NCBI GenBank assembly: GCA_963924565.1
Contig: OZ004613.1
Location: 22,258,001-22,322,000, forward strand
Direction: 5' to 3'
Length of the DNA: 64,000 bases
Origin: Ascidiella aspersa
Lineage: Eukaryota
Shown: positions 51,899-62,200 of the stretch, in pieces
Layout: each line of letters begins with the position of its first letter
How positions within the stretch are numbered: position 1 is the first letter of the stretch
Program-made: the position numbers and the translations under genes
The notes under the pieces: model-generated
What the model was told of the DNA's origin: nothing
The model's input: only the letters and a program-made list of their open reading frames with translations
Databases searched by the model: none

Positions 51899-52660
51899 AC
51901 TTACCTAAACAGTTCAGTCCTGGAATTTCCTTCGGCGATGGCGACAATAAATCGTAAAAAGTTGCGAAAGGAACTTCGCCCGTTTTTAGTGCAACTGTAC
52001 TTTGCGACCCACACGCGTCCTTAGACAATTGAGAAGGGCCCCGAAACGAAACTCACACCCATTTCGCTTTCAACACACCGCGCGGGATTAGGGCAAAGCG
52101 ACGGCGCGTACAGTGACGACCCGAAAATAAGGCACGAAGTGGCCAAATATCCGACGCCTTAAGCGCGCCGATGACAGGCTTTCGACCGCGTCCCCGCGTG
52201 TAGATTTGCTGAGCGTTCCAGTTATATTCTCGGTGTCCCTTGTGGTCAACGCGGCCGGGTTTCGCTTTTCGCGTTTCAAGCACGGCATGGCCGTATCGCG
52301 GTTCGAAAGGAAAACCCGAGGGTGTAGCATGCCGGCTATTGTGACGTGGCTGTTGGAAGCGCGGTTTCACCACCTCCTCCACCGGCGATGACATCGTTTG
52401 TCAGCGTCGCCTTGGGCGTGAATGACCAGTCACCCGGCTCCCAATCTCCAGCGCCCAGCAGTCACGAAGCCACGGTGCGCCGCTGCTGGCTAAATATTGG
52501 CTCAGGGCGGAATCGGGCCGGATCGCGGACGGGTTATTTCGACCCACTTATATACGTTAATATTAACACGCCCTGTGTTGTGATAGGAAGCGGTCGGCAT
52601 CGAGACACGTTCAGTTTTCAGTGCCCTTCCGGGCGCGCCGCTATATGTACATTATATAGG
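51899..52660 (-). promoter_or_regulatory. CpG-rich candidate promoter and non-coding first exon of the IRF gene
   Basis: Consensus minus-strand donor AG|GTAAGT at 51905/51904 at the island edge; TATA-like TATATAA on the minus strand at ~52554 and ~52658; IRF elements at 52062-52071 and 52258-52270. Confidence 0.35.
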
Positions 52661-54329
52661 GTCTACGTAAATGTGGTATGGAGGTGTCAATACGATATGT
52701 TCACTTTTGGTATCAGTGCATTTTTTCGTGCCTATCAACGTGGGAGACACCCTTTGTGCTTACCACCTCACTCACCGACTCTGCGTATATTTTACCAATA
52801 CATGCTGCGGCGTATATGGCTTCATACATTTACGTATATATGAGATTTCTATGCGACCCAATAAAGAACATAACCAACGATAAAACGGTCCATATCTTTC
52901 TATGACGTTATACATAAAATACCCCTGCGAATATGTGACGTTGTTTCATTTTTAGTACTATTTTTTCCTTATTGCGATAAATTTCGAACATCATCAACAT
53001 TGGCTGGATAAGCCTGTGGTTATATCGTTGTCGATAATTTCATATTTTGCAGCTTCGTCATGTTGAAAACTAATTTAAACGACGAGTAAGTCTAGATTCA
53101 TAAAATATATTCACAATTTAGGGTTGGCCTCAAACCAGCAGGAAACGGCGCCGGGATTTTTAATATCCGTTTGAACTCCAAATACCGGAGTGTTTAAGTT
53201 TGTAGGTTTAATTAAAACGGTTTTCTTGCCTGAAATACGCTGGAAAATCAAAAGCGGCGCCGGTGGGCAAGAACTATAATAACAGGACGGCAGGACTTTT
53301 GTCGCTCAAATAACTGACGCGGGACAAATGAAAACGAAACTCATTTTTCATTACGTCGGAACTATGGATTACGTGTAATAAATTCATTTTGAAGTTATAT
53401 TGTGCTCGACTAGTTATCAATAGCATCACGGCGTCTCCAACACATTCTTTGAAAAACGTGTGACTTCTGCTGAGCGGACGTAGCTTGTTGCAGCGTTTGT
53501 ATTTTTTCTTGGAAGGAAAGAAATGAGAACTCCACCGTCAAGCTATTTGGGAAAATATTGAATTTTTTTTGACGAAACATAAGTGGCACTATATTCGCGT
53601 CACGGTTTCACGGCTGCGATAAAACGCTGCTCTGTTCGGTCAATCGGAGAATGGATTAAGGGAAGATCTTGTTTTGATTTGCACGAGCACTCTACAGTGG
53701 CGCTAATGTCACTGCGTATAGGTGATTTTATTTCACACGCCACCCTCGCAACTTTTTCAGCACTTATAAAAAACGCATGAATGCAGTTATTTATAGGTCG
53801 TGTATTGCGTAATTGCTTCTCTGTTAGACTGAAATAACACTAATGCACTAAAGTATGTCAAACTCGAGAACATTTGTTTGCTGCAAGCCAAATGTTATAA
53901 GCAATCTGCAATTCGTTAGTTTGGCAGTCTCGCAATTTTTAAATGCCTTACTCTGCAAAGTTTCACTTCATTTTGTTCATTGATTTTCACACTTACACTT
54001 TTATCGAAATCTCACATAATAAAAAACCTTGTTGTCAGCAATGTCCCCGAATTATAAAGACGTACATGGTGCATGCTTGGACTGTGGAAACCTCTTATAA
54101 ATACCCAAATGTTGGTAAGATTTCTTATACAGGGCGTATTAGTATGTTTGTAGTTGGTAGTAGCATGAAAGCAGTGCTACCGTTATTTTACCCAGCCTCA
54201 CGCCATTATGGGTTGCGTTATAGCCTACTATTATTCAGGAAAAAAAGTTTTTAGGACATCCAAAACATTTATCGTTTAGCTGTTTTTTGAACAGAAGGCT
54301 AACGGAACACGCTCGCGGCGCAGTTTCGC

Positions 54330-54725
54330 AGCCCCAAGCCTTTGTCTTTGGAAACCGATCGCGCTAAGTGCCGGCGAGCAAATGCCTTAAGCCTATTGAC
54401 GCCTTGTCCGGGCAGAGTCAATATTTTCGCGCCTCACAGATAACTAATTACAGCGCGCCGCCAATCAACAATAAAAAACCGCAAACACGCGCTGCCACGA
54501 AGCGAAAGGACCAGGTCGGTGGGCTCATGTTGCTGCGTTTAGCTTCTTTTCCCAGTGGCCTCAACAAACAAGCAAGGGGGAATCGATATCCACTACCGGT
54601 TTGAAACAAAGCGCCGCGGGACGCTTGAAAGGCCTTTGTTTTTATAGTTTGCCCGCTCCCGTTTAATGCATGGTCGTACCCGGGGCTTGCTTCAGGTTGT
54701 GCCCGGGTGTTTGTTTGTTAATTAG
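54330..54725. promoter_or_regulatory. Candidate enhancer with a Sox/TCF/Fox motif cluster
   Basis: CCTTTGT twice, AACAAT, AACAAAG, AACAAACA and TGTTTGTTTG within ~400 bp of CpG-rich DNA. Confidence 0.35.
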
Positions 54726-57700
54726 GGCAACTCTATTCCCACAGAATCGGTTTGAAAGGCTTGGTTTAGAATTTAGATGGACAGCGAAAGTGCGCTTAGC
54801 GCCGATGAAAGGCTGTCGTTTCGCTGAGCTCGCTGTTTGCCTTCATTCGAAAATGCTCCACGTTTTGGACACGTTCCAGTGGATCTATGGGTTCTACCCG
54901 CAATCTCAACGGTTTCGCGCCAAGGCTAACACAGTGAGCTATTTCACATTTTTTTACTATGGGTAAAACAGGTGAAATTTAACATTTTTTGTGGGTTACA
55001 CGTGGAGGAATTTTGTGAATAACTGGTGTGAAAAACATAATACCAATTAACTATGCAGTCGTACATCGTATACGAAAGCAGTATTGGCCGACCACTTAAG
55101 GCTCGCACGTAAAAACAACCTTTTTTGTTCGCTACAGGTTTATTAGACACTATAGTTTTAAAAAAGGTTTGCATTGCTGGCCTGACCTGGACCGCTTGAT
55201 TGAGTTAGATTATAACAAAAATACTAATTTTTTGGCAACTAAAAATTAAGTTAAGATCCAACATTTAGTCAAATAAAGTTTAGTTTACAACCATTTCTTT
55301 GCGGCATGGGAAATTAGAAGGGTAGGATTTTGCGTTGGATTTTCAGCCAAACCGGAAATTAGAATAAACCAAAACAAGCTAAGTACAAATATTATTTCAA
55401 TAGAAGTATTGACAGTTCGCTGTTTATGCTTATGTTGGACCACTGGAATTATCTATTAGTCGGAGTCTGCTCTTGTCTAAAGGAGGCATATTATACCCGA
55501 GCGCACCAACCAAGGTCGAAAACGGAAGAAAGATTCCGTTGAATTTCCCACCGAAAACGAGCTCGCCCCACGCTCTCCCGAATCCCTACTATTGGCCGGA
55601 ACAGATCGGTTTCATTGGCGCTGTCAACTTGAGTAAGCCGACACCCGTGCGATCTCCCGCCCCTCGCCAACAGACGGGCCGTCTGTAGTGTTCCACGGCC
55701 GGGACACGAAGGCCTCTGTATGCTATGTGTGACTATACACGGGACTGTTGTGGCTGCCTTTCGCAGTAGAACGAACAACGGTTCGCTCCGAGCCCGGGAG
55801 CACAATGCTTCGGCGAGGTCTTCCGCCGGAAAACAAAGGCACGATGCGCTAATGGCAACTTGTCGTGCCGGCAGCGCTTTTCTGCTTTCAAGGGGAGCAA
55901 ACGTTTTCGTATACACTTTTAGGAGGTCGGTATACAGCTAACAAAAACCAACAACGTACTGAATGGCAGCGTTGTGACCGCTAATTTATAAAAGAGTGAA
56001 ACAATCTAGTCCGTACTGGTAGTTCTTATGGGACCAATATAGATATAAGGGCAAAATTAATTATAGATATGTAGGGCTTGCATAATACGTTTTCTATTCG
56101 TAGTTTATTAGCTTGAAAAATGTTTGTGTTCTTGACCCATGTCTTAAGAGCACAAAAGTTGTTTTGGTGGTAAGGCGTATATCTAAATTATAGTGTAACG
56201 AAATTCGAACAATTGACTAAATTTGTTTTTTGAAAAATGAATCAAACGGTTGTGACATTCGGGTAACATGAGCTATGATTGCACAACATCCTTGGTGTAT
56301 CCAAAAACATCACCCATATATCAATGTAAATCACTTCTGGAAAATCCAGCCATTACACTTTTTAGGCCCCAAAATGAAACACAAAACAGCGCAAATTCTT
56401 TCAATTTGACAATGATTTAACTTTAGCAAGTTATAATTTGTTGTTGATTTGATAGATTTTATCAACCTTAAGCTGCTCTAAAAAAACATTTTAAAGGGTA
56501 ACCTATCAGGGCACATTTCACAGACATCGCAAATTTTTAGCGATCTCAGATCCGCATGCTGTTAAATGTTTTTCTAACAAGTCTAAATTGTTGTTATCCT
56601 GCATAATGTCAGTTAAAACAGTTATTGGTATATATGCAGGTCAGCAACCGATTGAGCCATTTAATGTTAAAATTTCAAGAATAGTTATTTTTAACTGGTT
56701 GTTTGTATACATGTTTTCTCGCCTTCTCTAAGATAGGAACAGTTTTAAGTTCTTTCAAATAACACTTAATTTTTGAAAGAAGTGGCAAATTAAACTTACA
56801 CTTCGTTAAAAATGTCACTAAATTACCGTTTATCGCACGTTTATCGTTTTCGAATTTCCGGATCTACTTATCCCGCCATAAACGCTCCCTAAAAGTACTG
56901 GTTGTTGTCTTAAGAGATGACCGGTTGGTTTCAAACCACATCGCTGAAAGCAGCGAAACAAAAGCGCGCGTTTATCGTCCATTTCCTGGCATGGCCCGCT
57001 GCGGTTTTCTTGTTGGTACAGGCGCGAATAAAATAACACGGGGCTTGTTTCAATCTGCCGGCTCGCCCGCAGAAATAAGGTGCGCGGAAACTCGTCTGTC
57101 ATCGAAGGCGATAAAATCTATAGCGACAAGAATAACAGTTACGATCCACCACCGTTGGCTACATCGCTTTTGTGAACGACGGGCGAGCCATTAGACCAGC
57201 AGATAACAATCGGTTTCGTTTTGTTTCGTCGAACCGGCGATCGCCCAACGCTTCTCGGAAGACCGTCATTTTGAATAATTTTTTGTTGTCGTTTGACGAA
57301 GACGCCATATAATAGTGGGTCGGTTTGTTTTCCGTTACTGAAACTAGAGTTGGGTGTGGTTTTAGAGGCAAGTATATGGGCTCTCTTAAATTCAGCTTGT
57401 AACAAGGTAGAAACATTTAACTTTGAAAAATCCAACAAGAATTTACAGAAATTGAAAGGGTGCATTAAGAGCCTAACAGCTTGCTTCCTATTTTTACAAA
57501 GCGGTTAACGACATTATTAGTGATTCTTGATACAAATAATAATTATTTGTTCCAGATAAATTAAGCAGTCAATTTGTTAAACAAACCACACTTAATGTTG
57601 TTTTTTTTTCGTTTTAGTTAACCACGCGTATTGTTGTTTTTTGTTTTTTCTTACCACACATATTGTTTGTTTTTCAGAAAACCAACGCTCCTTTGCCGCC

Positions 57701-59062
57701 GTTAGCGGACGTGCACTCAAATATTTGTGACCTCGAGATGTCGCTGAGTGTTTCGTAAGGGCAGATACGGACAGCGGCAACATAAACAAACAGTCATCGT
57801 CGCGGAAAAGTGCCTTGCCAATTAGGCAGCATCCTCCGGAACCACACAAACGCGTGTGGGCTCGACAGCACTGAATGCCGTCGTCGTATGCTTCGCATAG
57901 CGTGAAAAGTCTGATTTTCACGTAAGCGTCGTTTCTTCGGAACTGAAAGTCGAAGGCGGGCGGTCGATTGTGATTTATTTTAATTGATTAAGCGATGTCA
58001 AACGGGAGCGCGTGTGGCCGAAAAGCGACTCGCGCCGTTTCTTGTGTAAATAAACAAAACTTTTCGCTGCAAATCTCCGTCAAAACGTGATCATGAAAAT
58101 AGCACGCTTTCCGGAGATAAATCACAGCGTTTAAACAGCCAGCAATAACGGCATAGTTTTGCGTCCGAGGTTCTCTGCAACAGTCTTCTGTAAAGCTATA
58201 AACAATTATTGTATAACTTCCAGGACAGAGATGTTTGACACTATTTTGGAACAAAACTATCGCGAACCGGTAGCGAACAACGTCATTATCATGTCAAAAA
58301 AAAAAGAAAAAAATTGAAACTTTCAAAGGAAACATTTTTTTAGGTTGATAGGCCAAATTTGTTTTTACGTTAAGAAGTTTAGTTATTTGCACTACAATTT
58401 TTAATAAATTTGCGTTTAAAAGAAAATGGCTAAAATTCTATTTGTTAACACTGTATCGGAGCAACACCAATACCACTCTTGTATCGAACGAGTACCAATA
58501 CAACCACTTTGAATCGGGTATAGGCTGCTATCCGATGTTATGGTACAAATATTGAATCAATTCCTTAAACAATATTGAGTGGTAATCATCCTGTGTTTGA
58601 AGTGGCCGTTATCCTGAAAAGTGAAAAGGAAATTACCTCGGCTCGTGCTTAGAAACATCGTCTCGAGTGCTACTTTAAAGATAACAACAGACTCTTGTAA
58701 ACTCCACACAAAGCAGTAAGGAGCAGGCAACATTAGTAAATATTGCCCGGACTGCTAGTTTAAACGACTGTTGTAATCGAGGTTTCTTGCTTTTTTGTTG
58801 TTTAACCCGACTGAAATCAGCTGAACAAAATAAATTTTCAAATGAATGACTAACATTTTTAGATTTGATTTAAAAAAATTTAAGACTATTTATTAGCAGT
58901 TAAGGCTTTATTAATCAGTAAGAAGTTAGGCACGCAGTGGAATTTTTTACCATTTTCTCTTACATTTTACTGTTAATATTTTTATGGATAGTTTACCTAC
59001 ATCAATTTTTTGAAGAAAATATTTAAGTAATCTATGGAGTGGGAAATCACTAGTTAAATTAA

Positions 59063-59201
59063 ATGGAATTTGGGGATTGTTGCGACGTGTATTGTACGTC
59101 GTGTCGCATCTGGTATCTACGCGTCTTGCGACCAGGCGACACAGTTCCATTTCGAAAACCCAAGTTCGTTCTTCCGCTAGGTGTGTCTGAGATCGTCGTT
59201 G
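59063..59201 (+). CDS. MS4A-like: MS4A-like exon 1 (Cys-rich N-terminus, start of TM1)
   Basis: In-frame TAA directly before the ATG (aaattaaATGG); G|GTAAGA donor. Confidence 0.8.
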
Positions 59202-62200
59202 GTAAGATTTAGGTCTTATTTTCTTTGACTGGTGCATTTTAATTGCTTGTTTTAGTCCTTGAAGGGACTATGAAATGTGAATTCTTTTTATTCTAAATTT
59301 GATAATATTATCTTTTTATAAAGTAATTTAAATAATATAGGCTATTAACAATCATTTTACTTTTTTATGTTACTGCATCATAGTTGTCTTGCTTAAAATA
59401 AGTTAATTTGGACATACTATGTTTGAATATTGTTTTAGAAAAAGAACAAAACAAATAATTTTTTGGGTTGATGTTACTGGTCCTTTAACAACTTTGTTCT
59501 TATTTCGTGTCTTAAAACATAAAAAAGTAGCAAATAATATATTGTTATTATTGGCACTGGGATTATCCTGCTCTTTAAAAGAAGATCTTATTTGTGCCTT
59601 TGGCGTCTTTTTTGTTTTTTGTAAAACGTTAAAAATCTTGAACTGCAAAAAGGTCCATCAATGGATAGTAATGAGTCAGCGTGCTTTAAACTTACAATTA
59701 GATAAATGTTTTTAATTTTTATTTTTTTACTTTTATAAAATAATAGTGTTTGCTTATTGTAATGATGTGAGCGATAAATAATTATAATCCATATTTTAAT
59801 TTGTGTGTCCATTATAAAAAAACACACTTGTGTAAACAACGCAGTTCTTGGTTAAGAAAAACAATCAAGATTTGGCTGGAATTCTTTATTTCAAATTGTG
59901 ATGTTATGTAATTTCAGCTTTAGTGGTGATTGTGCTTGACGCCCTTGCGTTATACTGCCAAGGCCAGAAGAGCGCTGCACCATCACCTTCATTCCTGGGA
60001 AGTCCAGGCTTCCCATTGTGGTTGTCGATTTTGGTTTGTTTGCTTTCTATTTGCCCTACAAGTTATCTATCCTTGTTTAAAACAGTATTTTTAGTTTATT
60101 TTGCCTACAGTGTTGTTTCATTTTCGTACAGCACAAATAAAAAAATGGTTTGCTGTTTGATATTCCAATAAAAAATACCGTGTATATTTCAACTAATTGT
60201 AAGACCTGTTGTTGTCTTAGTTTGTACTTGCTGGGTGCATTAACGTGGCTTCCTACAAACACAAGACCAGGTTTATGGTAAGCTTGATTCCTAATTTGAA
60301 CTAATGCAGCGGTCCCCAACCTGGGGGTAGTAAATGATATCCCATTTTTAATTTACTTAACTTCAGTTTATTATTGTTCAGTCATAAGCTCAAAATGTTT
60401 TATTTTATTGTGAACAAAACTCGTTAATGGCGCTATTTAAGGCCTAAATAGTAATTTTATGGAAAGTCGTACATGGTTTAACAAACAACTTAGGATTTAA
60501 AAAAATAAAAAAGGGGGTCGCGAGAACCAAATTGTTGAAAACCACTGACCTAATGCAATGTTTTTTTAATTATGCAAAAACCATTGATTAATGTACCACT
60601 TTTAATAAACGACAATTGTAAGTATTTAACTAAAGAGTTGATTTCTCCGCCTTTTCGATATAAAAAGATGTGGCTTCAAAAGCTAGCGATAAATCTTTTT
60701 CTTTGTTGTTTATGCAGACCGCCATTGCCTTAGGATCGTCGCTCGTAGCCATGGTCCTGGTCGTTATTTTACTGGCCGTCATAACTATGTCGATTGCACA
60801 AGAGGTATACAATTAAAGTTCTAAAACAGGGGTGTCCAACTCAAACATGCCGGCGTACCAATGTTTATCTTATAACTTCTTTTCGTGCCGAAGTTTCGTA
60901 ATTAATTCTTTTTAATTTTAAAAGCGCTTTTTTTGCAAAAAACAAAAGCGTTTATTTATACAAAAAAAAACATTTGTTGTTTTAATCAAGCAAATTATTC
61001 ATAATTTACCAAAGCAGATTTTTTGCAGACGTTTGTTTTCAGCCAAACTTTAAAGATAAATTGGCCTTGTGTAGTAAAACTGTGCATTACGGCGTATAAA
61101 TATCCGTCGGTGAGCTGACTTTTGCTTTGTGTTTATTTACACCAAGCTATATAATTATGTGAAACCCTCCACTACAGTAAAATTTTATAACATCAGAAGT
61201 AATTGTTAGTTGTCGTGATTGCCGCGATTGTTTTATATTGTGAATAAACAAAGGCAATTGGCTGTATAACAAATTTAGTATTTTTGGACAATTGGCTATA
61301 TAACAAATTTAGTAATTTTAGGTGAACTTACGTGCCATTTTTTATGAGGTCGCATGCCATATTTGGCACGCCTGCTGTGTGTTGGACACCTCTGTTCTAA
61401 ACTATAAAAAATTGCTTTTTTGGCCAAACATTTTGTACAATCTTTACTTTTACTTGAAGTTGGTGTTCTACCACGAGAAAGGAGGTGCCAGTGGTGTCGT
61501 CATCAGTTGCGTCATCTGCGCTCTCGTGCTCGTCCTGCTCGGTGTGACGTCAACGTCTTCGCTCTTGTGTTATCTGGCGCTGACATCACACGACGACAGG
61601 TGGTTCACCGACAGGGTAAGTACCATGTTTGTAAGTAATAATTTTCCAATATTGTATAGTTGAGTACACAATATACTGGTTTTTCTTTTTTTGCATTTGC
61701 GATACAAAATATAAGGGTAAAAAATGCGAATATTTGCCAAAGCATTTTTTTGCGCTCTATGGAATGTATGTGCTTATTACCATGATTTAACGTAACATTT
61801 TTATGAGGTTTTAAACAGTGGTGGGATTCAGCCGGTTCGCACCGGTTCTATAGAACCGTCTCACGCAATTTTATGAGATCAGCGAACCGGTTAGCATTAC
61901 TGGTTATGCTTTCAATAGATTTTTGCATCTTATCTGATACACCGATTTTTGAGATCCAAGTAGGTCACGTGTTTTTTTTCGAAATGTGCAATGGTCAAGT
62001 TCCCACTAGCAGTTGTACATTGTGTTAATTTTTATTTTTATAATTGTTGTAATTTTATGTTTGTGATTGTTTGTCTGAAAATTGAATTGTTGCGTCATAA
62101 GCACGAGTCTTGAGACGACTGCTGCTTTTAGTGTGGCTGTTAGCTGTGTCGATTTATCTTTGTAAAACGAAGTTCTGTCGTTCATATAAAAATAATCAGT

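Noticed and set aside
33665-58540. CCGATA/ATCGG-rich patches at ~33670, ~46625 and ~58455
   Set aside because: Probably decayed subterminal repeats of old hAT MITEs; ends and TSDs could not be defined
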